In this document: piece after piece, positions 7,122 through 15,402 of the stretch
Layout: every line of letters starts with the position of its first letter
Position numbering within the stretch: the stretch's first letter is position 1
NCBI GenBank assembly: GCA_041661045.1
Contig: JBAZVE010000001.1
Coordinates: 60,001-92,000, forward strand
Direction of reading: 5' to 3'
DNA length: 32,000 nucleotides
Origin: Candidatus Saccharimonadota bacterium
GTDB taxonomy: Bacteria; Patescibacteriota; Gracilibacteria; UBA1369; 2-02-FULL-48-14
Translations under genes and position numbers: made by a program
Notes under the pieces: generated by a model
Database searches by the model: none
Seen by the model: only the letters and a program-made list of their open reading frames with translations
What the model was told of the DNA's origin: nothing

Positions 7122-8774
7122 TTAAGCAAACAATCTCTTTCCCCAGCTGGTGATGCTGGAGAGGGCGGCTTTGGCTTTTCCAAAGAATGAAGGTTTTGGT
7201 TCTGGTGCCGGCATTGCTTTTGCGACTTCAGCGGCGGCGTTCATGGCGTCGCCTTGCTTAAAGAATTCTTCTTCGGCGGCGGTGAATGGGGCCACGAATT
7301 GCGGTGTAGGTGCATCCTGATCGCTGGTGAGGCCCATTTCTTCTGGTGTGCTTAAGCTTCCAAATCGTGGGCCTTTTTGAAAGGAATGGAGTTCGTGGAG
7401 ATTGATGGGGGCTTTGGTGCCTTGAGCATCCGGAGCATCGTAGAGATCCGCTGGACCCACTTGATCCGCAGGATAGTCGAAATGAGCCGGGCTGGGCGGG
7501 GGGTTTTGCTTGAGGTCTGCTACTTTTTCTTGAATTTTTTCTTGCGGCACGGAGGCCGCGCGATTTTGTGCTTTTTCTGCATCTGCAGAAATTCGTGGGT
7601 CTTGTATTGAAGCTATATTTTCTGCGAGTAAACGGGCCGTGCCATCTGCAATATTTGGGTCGTCAACCAGGTGAGCCAAGGCTTCCGAGATGGTGTCTAC
7701 AGATGCCGGTGCTTTTTCTAGACTATCCAATACATCTTGGTAGCCTCCCCATGTTTCCAGTTTATTGAGCACCAAGGGGTAGGCATCCTCCTGCCACTCC
7801 CCTTGCAAAACTTGCCAAGAATCACCTGAATAGAGGCTGGCATTGAGTTCGTTTGTGGCGCTTGCCTCCACTGAGGCTTTTTGATGAGGGGTGAGGGTGC
7901 TGTCTTGAGCAACTTGAGTGGAAACTCTTTCCCAGAGGGTTTGTGCGGCTGGGCTAGCGGTTGCTGGGGCGGGTGCTGCTTCCGGAGCTGGTGTGGAGGA
8001 GGAGGCGTGTGCGGTGACGGTGGCGGGTGCGGCTTCCGGAGCTGGAGCTTTTTCTTTTGATGCAAGGAAAACTGAAAGAATCGCACCAAGCACTGCCAAG
8101 TTGGGGGCCCACCTTCTTACTCTGCTGTTACTTGAAAGGCGAGTGGGTTCTTCTTGAACATTGGCGGGAAGGTCTAACTCTGATAATGTTTTCTCAAACT
8201 CTTCTACTACCGATAGGCTCCCCGAGGGAGAGCTGGCTTGAATTTTCCTCCTTTCGGAAAAATCTGGATCTAATGCTTTAATTTCTTCAACAAGATAGTC
8301 CTTTTGAGCCTGGAGCCTTGCAAAGACAGGAGGTAGAATTGGCGGGAAGGCTTCTTCCTCTTCCTTCTCCGCTATGCTTACAATTAAATCAGAAAGTTTT
8401 CTCATTAAATCTCCGAGGACATCTACGGAGACTACTTCTCCATTCTTTCCTCTCGTGGGCTGTCCTCCATCTAAAACAGTAACCCCTTCCCTAATTCTGC
8501 TCAAGACTGCTTCTGCCTCGGCTGCTCCTGCCTCGTCTCCTTGGGCACTTCCTGTTGTAGGGTGGTGAAATCCTACCCTCACAATTGGACTGGATAAGTC
8601 TGTTACATGGTCACTTATGTCCTCCTCTTGAGATCCAAAGGGAATAATGTCTCCCGTATCTTCTTCTGGGCTGAGTCTCCCGTCTGAAATTATTGTTTGC
8701 TCCCCTGCAGATAATTCTCTGTTCGCTCGATCAAAGAGACTATCCAGTCTGCTTGGTTTTGTGCTTGGTCCCAT
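7122..8774 (-). CDS. hypothetical bitopic membrane protein (acidic N-terminal domain, one TM, Ala/Pro-rich linker, ~290-aa outer domain)
   Basis: 550-aa ORF with a single hydrophobic helix (WAPNLAVLGAILSVFLASK, about aa 226-244), then KAPAPEAAPATVTAHASSSTPAPEAAPAPATASPAAQ. No family recognised. Confidence 0.75.
   Translation of the reverse strand: MGPSTKPSRLDSLFDRANRELSAGEQTIISDGRLSPEEDTGDIIPFGSQEEDISDHVTDLSSPIVRVGFHHPTTGSAQGDEAGAAEAEAVLSRIREGVTVLDGGQPTRGKNGEVVSVDVLGDLMRKLSDLIVSIAEKEEEEAFPPILPPVFARLQAQKDYLVEEIKALDPDFSERRKIQASSPSGSLSVVEEFEKTLSELDLPANVQEEPTRLSSNSRVRRWAPNLAVLGAILSVFLASKEKAPAPEAAPATVTAHASSSTPAPEAAPAPATASPAAQTLWERVSTQVAQDSTLTPHQKASVEASATNELNASLYSGDSWQVLQGEWQEDAYPLVLNKLETWGGYQDVLDSLEKAPASVDTISEALAHLVDDPNIADGTARLLAENIASIQDPRISADAEKAQNRAASVPQEKIQEKVADLKQNPPPSPAHFDYPADQVGPADLYDAPDAQGTKAPINLHELHSFQKGPRFGSLSTPEEMGLTSDQDAPTPQFVAPFTAAEEEFFKQGDAMNAAAEVAKAMPAPEPKPSFFGKAKAALSSITSWGKRLFA
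7968..8045 (-). repeat. 24-nt intragenic direct repeat (1 mismatch)
   Basis: GGCGGGTGC(T/G)GCTTCCGGAGCTGG occurs at 7968..7991 and 8022..8045, encoding the duplicated PAPEAAPA linker motif. Confidence 0.8.
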
Positions 8775-8801
8775 AATGACGGGGGTGATTTAGCGCCTGT
8801 T

Positions 8802-8830
8802 ATTCTTCATCATTTCTATAAAAATGTCAA
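8802..8830 (-). promoter_or_regulatory. candidate promoter for 7122..8774
   Basis: Minus strand TTGACA (8830..8825), 17-nt spacer, AAGAAT (8807..8802). It sits in the 68-nt spacer after the helicase stop. Confidence 0.3.
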
Positions 8831-8842
8831 TAGGGGCCGGAT

Positions 8843-11800
8843 TTAAGAAAGCTCACGGACACACCATTCGCATTTGCCACAGACTTCGAAGTCGTCGGTG
8901 TTTAAGAAACGAAGATCTTGAATGTCTTGGTAGACGGAGGTGATGAGGGTTTTGAGATCCTCTTCCTCTTGCGGTGTGACAAGAATGGTGGAGCGGACAA
9001 ATTCGCCGGCCTTGTTTTTTTGGACAAAGTCGATTTCACCACTCTTCATGGAGTAAGGGAATTTTTTGGAGTTGTCGCAGAGCAGTTTGTAAAAAATAAT
9101 TTGACGGCGGTATTCGCCTTGTGGCCCCAGTTCCTCTTTTTTTCTATCGGGATTCCCGGTTTTATAATCCACAATGTGGGCCGGGTGCTCGGACCCTTCC
9201 TTGAGCTCAATTTTGTCCACTTTCCCGGTGATGGGAATGCCATTGAGGTGCACTCCATGAGGCCTAAAATCATATTCCAAAAGAACGGCGGGGTGAAAAG
9301 AGTCGCGGTAAAAATCATAATACTCCCCCAGTGTTTTTTGACCGAGTTCCAGGCAGGATTTGAAGTCTTGTTTGGAAAGGATTTCCCTTTCCAGGTGTTT
9401 TTGAAATTGCTTCACCATGAATTCTTTTGAAGGAGCCTCCCCTTTTTTGACTTCCACTAAAAGATCTTTGAGCGCTTCGTGAATGGCGGTTCCAAAAGCG
9501 GCGTGTTTGTTTTTTATGGAAGGTACCCGGAGCACGGTGTTGTAATAAAATAAGCGGGGACAACGAAGATAATTGTTGAGGTGTGTGACGCTGAGTACAA
9601 AGTTTTGGACCAGACTTTTGATGTAGTTTTTATGGTCTTCGGAGTGATCCGGTTTTGGACTCAGAAAAAGTGTTTTAAGGTGCGAGAGTGCGAGATCTTC
9701 GACTTCCGCCGTGGCGATATTTTGTTTGAAAACGGGGTCGATTTCATGCAAAAAGAGTGAGGGCAAAACGGGACGGCCCTGCGCATTCGTTTTGGGATAA
9801 GAGAGTGTTACGGATTTTTTTGCACGGGTGAGTGCGACGAAGAAAAGGCGCCGTTCCTCTTCATCTTTTTCGGAAGAGGCCGGTATTTTTAAAAGTGTGG
9901 GAGGAAGCTTGAGCTTGCTGCGAGAAGAAAGATTTCCCCAATGTTTATCGGTGAAATTCATGATGAAAACCCGTTCAAATTCAAGCCCCTTGGACCCGTG
10001 AGCCGTCATGAGTCGCACTGCATTTTTCTGGGTGATGAGTTCTTTCTCCTTGATGATGAGACCGTTTTCTTTGAGCAAATCCAAGTACGCAATAAAATCG
10101 GCGAGCAGCATTTGAGGATGCGCGGCATTCCACTGTTTGAGCTCGTCAAAAAGAGTGTTGAGGCGATTGAGGTGCTCCAGTTGATTTTCTTTTTTGAGAA
10201 TGGCATCCAAGAATCTGGATTCCTTGAGCATGAGATCAAAAAACTCCAAAAGAGTGAGGTTGAAGCTTTTCTTATTCCAATTCAACAGTTGCTCCGTGAA
10301 GGCGGAAAAAACGGGTGACGCTCGCATGATTTCCAAAAAACTTGTACGGGAGGAGTAGGCCTGACGGCTGAGTTTTGCGATGTCGAGAGAGTCAAAATTC
10401 CACAAGTCGAAATGAAGGATGGTGAAGAGCTGAGACTCATCTTCCAAGTTGGCCACAAAGCGAAGGAGCATGAGCAGTTTTTGGATTTCTTTATCCGTCA
10501 AAAGGTCTCGGCCGGAGTTGATTTGAAAAGGGATTTTCATCCGTAAAAAAAGATCGGCCAAGTCTTCCGCTTCACGGTTGTTGCGATACAAAATAGCGAT
10601 TTCTTGCGGGGCCGTGCCCGCTTGGATGAGGGCCTCCACCTCTCGTGCCAAAAAGTAGCGCTCGCTTGCCGGAGTTTCCAATTCCGCCACCCGTACGAGC
10701 TCCGCAGGATGAGGGGCGTTGGCGTGCAGTGTTTCACTTTTTTCTTGCAGGAGGCCGGCCAGAGATTGTTCGCTGTGACGAATGAGGGATTGAGCGGCAT
10801 CCAGCACTGTTTGTTGACTGCGGTAATTCTCTCTGAGGGACACCACCTGAATGTTCTTTTTGTACAAGTTGTAGAACAAGAGCAGGTTCTCCAAAGAAGC
10901 TCCCTGAAAACGATAAATGGACTGTTTATCATCCCCCACCACAAAGATATTCGGGCTTTCGAAAAAGTCTCCCAGCATGCGCACCACTTCGTTTTGGGCA
11001 CTGTTGGTGTCTTGATATTCGTCCACTAAAATATATTGGAACTGCTCTTGGTAGTGCGCCAGAAGGCTTGGATTCTCTTTGAACTTGGCGATGACAAAGG
11101 CAATCATGTCTTCAAAATCGTAACGGCCACGGCCGCGCAGCAGGTTTTGATACGCCGTATAGAGTTCCACCAAGACGCGTTGCTTGGGCAGTTCTTTTTG
11201 CCAGAGCTCCAGCGCGGCCTTCAGTTCCCCTTTCATTGCGGTGCGTTGTTTTTTATCGGTGGAATCTCCTTGCAAGGCGGAGGCAAAAATCGTGCCTCCG
11301 AGCCCGGCTTTGATCGCCTCAAATTCCTCTTCTTTGAGTTGTCCCCCATTGATGGCAACAAATGCGCTGATGGCTTCCTGATGCTCTTCCATTGTTTTTT
11401 GCAGGGCCTCCACCTCCCTATTCAAAGCCTCCGGTGAAAGATTTTCCCGCTTGAGATCTTTAATGGCTCTGTCGATGTCTTTCAAGTAAAAATAGGAATC
11501 TCCAAAAGGACTAAGTGGAGAATTTGGGCTGAGTTCATCCAAGAGTTCTCGGAAGATTTGGATTCTTTCCAGCTCCGTCAGCAGAGCGAGTTCTCGAGCA
11601 AATAAAAACTCGGTTGGAAAGTCCTGGATCACCTCATTACAAAAAGAGTGAAAGGTATGAATCCGCACTCCATAAGCCGTTTCCCCGATGATTTCGATGA
11701 GGCGTTTCCGCATGGCAACCGCCCCCACTTCTGTGAATGAGAGACACAAAATATTGTGTGGCGAAGCCTGTGTTTTCTTTAGGATCTGAGCAATGCGCAG

Positions 11801-11920
11801 CGCAATCATTTGAGTCTTCCCTGTTCCCGGACCCGCCAAAACCATGGTCGGTCCTTCAATATGGTCCACCGCTTCTTTCTGTTCGGGATTCAAGTGTTCA
11901 TAAGCTTCTTCAAAAGTCAT
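8843..11920 (-). CDS. UvrD/PcrA-type SF1 helicase fused to a C-terminal Cas4/AddB-type PD-(D/E)XK nuclease with a 4-Cys cluster
   Basis: N-terminus LNPEQKEAVDHIEGPTMVLAGPGTGKTQ (Walker A), ILVDEYQDTN (motif II) and later UvrD motifs (VGDDKQSIYRFQGA, LRENYRS, MTAHGSKGLEF). C-terminus YLRCPRLFYY.., GKVDKIEL, IVDYKTG, YRRQIIFYKLL and CGKCEWC. Confidence 0.9.
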   Translation of the reverse strand: MTFEEAYEHLNPEQKEAVDHIEGPTMVLAGPGTGKTQMIALRIAQILKKTQASPHNILCLSFTEVGAVAMRKRLIEIIGETAYGVRIHTFHSFCNEVIQDFPTEFLFARELALLTELERIQIFRELLDELSPNSPLSPFGDSYFYLKDIDRAIKDLKRENLSPEALNREVEALQKTMEEHQEAISAFVAINGGQLKEEEFEAIKAGLGGTIFASALQGDSTDKKQRTAMKGELKAALELWQKELPKQRVLVELYTAYQNLLRGRGRYDFEDMIAFVIAKFKENPSLLAHYQEQFQYILVDEYQDTNSAQNEVVRMLGDFFESPNIFVVGDDKQSIYRFQGASLENLLLFYNLYKKNIQVVSLRENYRSQQTVLDAAQSLIRHSEQSLAGLLQEKSETLHANAPHPAELVRVAELETPASERYFLAREVEALIQAGTAPQEIAILYRNNREAEDLADLFLRMKIPFQINSGRDLLTDKEIQKLLMLLRFVANLEDESQLFTILHFDLWNFDSLDIAKLSRQAYSSRTSFLEIMRASPVFSAFTEQLLNWNKKSFNLTLLEFFDLMLKESRFLDAILKKENQLEHLNRLNTLFDELKQWNAAHPQMLLADFIAYLDLLKENGLIIKEKELITQKNAVRLMTAHGSKGLEFERVFIMNFTDKHWGNLSSRSKLKLPPTLLKIPASSEKDEEERRLFFVALTRAKKSVTLSYPKTNAQGRPVLPSLFLHEIDPVFKQNIATAEVEDLALSHLKTLFLSPKPDHSEDHKNYIKSLVQNFVLSVTHLNNYLRCPRLFYYNTVLRVPSIKNKHAAFGTAIHEALKDLLVEVKKGEAPSKEFMVKQFQKHLEREILSKQDFKSCLELGQKTLGEYYDFYRDSFHPAVLLEYDFRPHGVHLNGIPITGKVDKIELKEGSEHPAHIVDYKTGNPDRKKEELGPQGEYRRQIIFYKLLCDNSKKFPYSMKSGEIDFVQKNKAGEFVRSTILVTPQEEEDLKTLITSVYQDIQDLRFLNTDDFEVCGKCEWCVRELS

Positions 11921-12386
11921 CGTTGGCGTTTAAATGCTGCTGGGCTTTTCTCAACAGGTCTTTTGCGTTCTCATAAGTGAGCCGGTCCAGGGCCTCCTGA
12001 TAAGGCAGCCATTGAAAGTTTTTGTGCTCAAAAGAAATCTTTACGCTGCTTTCCTCTGTTTTTGCCAAAAAGTACACCACTATTTTTTTGACCAGTTCTT
12101 TGGGCCCTCGATTGAACTCGTAGTACATCGACTCTCGATACGATGGGCTGAAAATAACCTCTTTGATTCCGGTCTCCTCTTCCAGTTCACGAAGGGCTGT
12201 GGCGTGCTCATCGACATCTCGTTTCTCCACATGGCCTTTTGGGAAATCCCAATGCCCCCCCGGGTAATGCAGAAGCAAAAAACTCCGCTCCTTCTCCAGG
12301 GCTTGATACAAAATCACACCACACGATTTTTCATGAACCGAGTGACGGCGAAAAGGTCTTCTTCTAGGCTGAGGATGGGTTTCCAT
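11910..12386 (-). CDS. Nudix hydrolase (Ap4A-hydrolase-like)
   Basis: Nudix box GGHWDFPKGHVEKRDVDEHATALRELEEETGI. Its stop overlaps the helicase start by 11 nt (ATGACTTTTGA). Confidence 0.88.
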   Translation of the reverse strand: METHPQPRRRPFRRHSVHEKSCGVILYQALEKERSFLLLHYPGGHWDFPKGHVEKRDVDEHATALRELEEETGIKEVIFSPSYRESMYYEFNRGPKELVKKIVVYFLAKTEESSVKISFEHKNFQWLPYQEALDRLTYENAKDLLRKAQQHLNANDDF

Positions 12387-12448
12387 AATTGTCTTGAGGG
12401 TAGCACGAAAAGGGGCTTGGTGCGAGTGAAAATTCTCGAAAACCGTTT

Positions 12449-12481
12449 GTCAGGAAAATTTCAGGAAAATGTCAGAAAAAT
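12449..12481 (+). repeat. three tandem 11-nt A-tract repeats upstream of comFC
   Basis: GTCAGGAAAAT / TTCAGGAAAAT / GTCAGAAAAAT at 12449, 12460 and 12471, with a helical-repeat period. It spans -50 to -18 relative to the comFC ATG. Confidence 0.8.
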
Positions 12482-12498
12482 ATCGTTAGACTGGGCTT

Positions 12499-13149
12499 AT
12501 GTGGCGTTTTCTACTCAAAGTTTTCTTTCCCTCTCCCTGCGTTGATTGCGGTTTTTTGAGTGAGGCTCTGTGTACGCGGTGTTTTAACAAAGTTGAGTTT
12601 GCTCCACACTTGCGGGATTTGGAGGGACTCCAGGTTTGCAGCGCGGTTTATTACGAGGAAAAGTCCATTATTGGCCGCTTGGTTCACCCCTTTAAATACT
12701 CTCATCAAGCGGATTTGTTTCGAATTTTTGTGCCGTGGATGAAGGAAGCGCTTCGGCTGCTCCACAATTTTGAAGGGGCCGTTTTTGTACCGGTTCCTCT
12801 CTACAAGGGGCGGCTGCTCGAACGGGGCTACAATCAAGCCGAGCTTTTGGCGCGATGGCTTGCCCGGGATTTTGGCACCGTGATGGTGCCGATGCTGGAA
12901 CGGTGCAAAGACACCGGGTCTCAAGCCAAAATCAGAGATCGGAGCGGACGGATTGAAAATATGGAGGGGGCGTTTAAAATGGTGTCCGGATGCATGGAGG
13001 AGTATCCAATTGTGCTCGTGGATGATATAGTAACGACCGGTTCCACTCTGCTGGCCTGCGCTGAGGTGCTTCGGGCAGCGGGAGCCAAAAAAGTATTTGC
13101 ATTAACCCTGGCCGATCGTGAAAAAAAGAAAATTGGTGCTCGGGATTGA
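12499..13149 (+). CDS. comFC: ComF family protein (ComFC, phosphoribosyltransferase-like)
   Basis: N-terminal Cys pairs CVDCG..CTRC, YNQAELLARWLA, and the PRTase motif IVLVDDIVTTGSTL. Confidence 0.88.
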   Translation: MWRFLLKVFFPSPCVDCGFLSEALCTRCFNKVEFAPHLRDLEGLQVCSAVYYEEKSIIGRLVHPFKYSHQADLFRIFVPWMKEALRLLHNFEGAVFVPVPLYKGRLLERGYNQAELLARWLARDFGTVMVPMLERCKDTGSQAKIRDRSGRIENMEGAFKMVSGCMEEYPIVLVDDIVTTGSTLLACAEVLRAAGAKKVFALTLADREKKKIGARD

Positions 13150-14236
13150 TGCTTCACGCAGCACTCAAAGCAAACCTACGGGCGTGGAGCAGTACAGCAC
13201 CGAAATCATTTCAGCTCTACTGAAGGAAATTCCTGATTTTGAAGTGAGACTGTACACGCCGGCTTGGATCTCCCGATTTCCACGAAAATTGCAGAAGCGA
13301 TTACGGGCGTGGCGACTGTGGACACTGTTTCGCTTGAGCCTTGAAATGCTTTTGCATAAGCCCGACATGCTTTTTGTGCCGGCCCATGTATTGCCTTTTT
13401 TTGCGCCCCGGAAAAGTTTTGTTACCATCCATGACATTGCGTATGAAAAAATTCCCGAGTCGTATGGGATGCTGAACCGAAAGTATTTGCGATGGAGCAC
13501 CAAGCGAGCCCTCCACCATGCGGAAAAAATTATTGTGCCAACGGAATCCGTGAAGTTCGACTTGGTCAGCCTTTACAAAGCGGAACCTGAGAACATCGTT
13601 GTGATCCCCCACGGAGTTACTCCTTTGCCTAAACCCGATGCCGCGGCACTCAAACGGTTTCGCCACCGTTTTGGACTTTCTCCCACCGAAGCCCTTTTCT
13701 TTTTCATCGGACGCTTGGAGGAGAAAAAGAACCTTTTGGTCTTGGTGGAAGCTTGGACCTTGGTGCAAAAAATGTATCAAAAAGGCCGCTTGGTTTTGGC
13801 GGGCAGCATGGGTAATGGCTCCGAGGAGTTGTTTAAAAAAATTGAAACTTTGGGCGTCAAGGAAAGTGTTCTAGTTCCGGGCTACCTCTCGGATCATGAG
13901 GCCTCTTGCCTTTTTCACAGTGCCACTTGCTTCATTTACCCCTCACGGGAGGAAGGCTTTGGGCTTCCCGTGTTGCAGGCTTTTGATGCCGGCTGCCTGG
14001 TGATTGCCTCTGACATCCCTCCCCTGCGAGAAGTGGCGGGCGAGGCCGCCTTGTTCGCCGATCCGGGACACGCCAAAGATTTTGCTGAGCAAATGATGCG
14101 CATTTTGGAGGATGAGCCCTTGAGGGAATCTTTGCGTGCGCAAAGCCGTGAGCAGCTCAAAAAATTCTCGTGGAAAAAAGCAGCTCACGCTCTGGCTTTT
14201 GAATTCCGTGATTCTTCGCTACACTCTTCACAATGA
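13118..14236 (+). CDS. glycosyltransferase family 4 (GT-B, group 1)
   Basis: EEGFGLPVLQAFDAGCLVIASDIPPLREVAG (E-x7-E region) and N-terminal KLVLGIDAS. The GTG start at 13118 overlaps comFC by 32 nt. TTG 13133 or GTG 13136 are alternative starts. Confidence 0.85.
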   Translation: MKKRKLVLGIDASRSTQSKPTGVEQYSTEIISALLKEIPDFEVRLYTPAWISRFPRKLQKRLRAWRLWTLFRLSLEMLLHKPDMLFVPAHVLPFFAPRKSFVTIHDIAYEKIPESYGMLNRKYLRWSTKRALHHAEKIIVPTESVKFDLVSLYKAEPENIVVIPHGVTPLPKPDAAALKRFRHRFGLSPTEALFFFIGRLEEKKNLLVLVEAWTLVQKMYQKGRLVLAGSMGNGSEELFKKIETLGVKESVLVPGYLSDHEASCLFHSATCFIYPSREEGFGLPVLQAFDAGCLVIASDIPPLREVAGEAALFADPGHAKDFAEQMMRILEDEPLRESLRAQSREQLKKFSWKKAAHALAFEFRDSSLHSSQ

Positions 14237-15330
14237 AAATTGCCTTTGTTCACGATTTCCTTTTGAGACTCGGTGGTGCCGAGCGGGTGCTTAAATCCTT
14301 GATGGATATGTATCCGGACGCACCCGTGTACACGCTGCTTTATGATGAGGCCGCGGTCGGTGAGGTTTTTCCGCGAAACCGCGTGATCACTTCAAAATTA
14401 CAAAAATGGCCGCGCTTCATTCCCGGCATGCACAAACTGATGTTTCCTTTTATGCCCGGGGCCATTGAGGATTTTGATTTTAGCGGTTACGACATCGTGG
14501 TGAGCAGCAGCAATGCTTATGCCCACGGCATCATCACTAATTTGGAAACTACGCACATTTGTTACACCCATTCCCCCATGCGTTACGCCTGGGACTACAC
14601 GCATCAGTATTTGCGGGATCAAAAACTCGGGCTCCTTGGCGAGGCCGTGGTCAGCCGTTTACTGCATAAGGTGCGCATTTGGGATTTCCTTGCCGCGGAC
14701 CGCGTGGATATACACATCGCCAACTCCAAAACCGTGCAAAACCGTATCCAAAAATATTATCGCAAAGAGTCGCAGATCATCACCCCTCCGGTGAATACAG
14801 AGCGGTTCGCCCCCCACCCCAAGCACGAAGGCTACTTTTTGATGGTGTCTTCGTTGACGCCGTACAAGCGCATCGATTTGGCCATTGAAGTCTTTAATAA
14901 ACTCGGCAAACGGCTAGTGATTATTGGACAGGGGAATGATGAAACTCGTTTGCGCCGACTGGCCGGCCCACATATCGACTTTTTGGGTTACAAAGAGGAC
15001 GAAGTGGTGAAGGAATACATGGAAAATTGCCGCGCCTTTATTTTCCCCGGTGAGGAGGATTTTGGCATCGCCCCCGTGGAGGCCATGGCCTGCGGGAAAC
15101 CCGTATTGGCTCTGCGCAAGGGCGGCCTCGTTGAAACCATGATTGAGGGCGTTACCGGCCAATTCTTTGACGAGCAGACCGTGGAGAGCATGGAAGGGGG
15201 CCTCACCCAACTCCTCATCAACGAAAAAGACTACGACGCCGAAACGATTGCCAAACACGCCCAACAATTTAGCGAAAAGAACTTCCAAAAAGCCATGAAG
15301 GCGGTGATTGAGGGGGCGGGGGAGAAGTGA
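14233..15330 (+). CDS. glycosyltransferase family 4 (GT-B, group 1)
   Basis: MKIAFVHDFLLRLGGAERV.. and EDFGIAPVEAMACGKPVLALRKGGLVETMIEGVTGQFF. ATGA overlap with the preceding GT4 gene. Confidence 0.88.
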   Translation: MKIAFVHDFLLRLGGAERVLKSLMDMYPDAPVYTLLYDEAAVGEVFPRNRVITSKLQKWPRFIPGMHKLMFPFMPGAIEDFDFSGYDIVVSSSNAYAHGIITNLETTHICYTHSPMRYAWDYTHQYLRDQKLGLLGEAVVSRLLHKVRIWDFLAADRVDIHIANSKTVQNRIQKYYRKESQIITPPVNTERFAPHPKHEGYFLMVSSLTPYKRIDLAIEVFNKLGKRLVIIGQGNDETRLRRLAGPHIDFLGYKEDEVVKEYMENCRAFIFPGEEDFGIAPVEAMACGKPVLALRKGGLVETMIEGVTGQFFDEQTVESMEGGLTQLLINEKDYDAETIAKHAQQFSEKNFQKAMKAVIEGAGEK

Positions 15331-15402
15331 ATTTAAGCAAGCCTCAAGAATTTCTGGCACATTTGTGGAGTTGGTGTATGATTGGCTCTCTGTAAGCATT
15401 TT

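Noticed and set aside
6419-7183. Longer start choices given by the ORF track: 7183 for the lipoprotein, 29010 for the second lipoprotein, TTG 1524 for proS, TTG 15382 for dnaX and TTG 24488 for mnmA.
   Set aside because: The extensions overlap upstream genes or add non-conserved residues. Internal ATGs give canonical N-termini: lipoprotein signal peptides, MAKIASQ.. for ProRS, MTALYRKYRP for DnaX and MKSKGKILLGMSGG for MnmA.
14233-14236. Alternative genetic code (UGA as Gly or Trp, as in some candidate phyla).
   Set aside because: TGA terminates well-conserved proteins at their expected lengths (ComFC, GT4, DnaX, FNR-like). It also forms ATGA start/stop junctions at 14233, 16854, 28411 and 29109. 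No conserved gene needs read-through.
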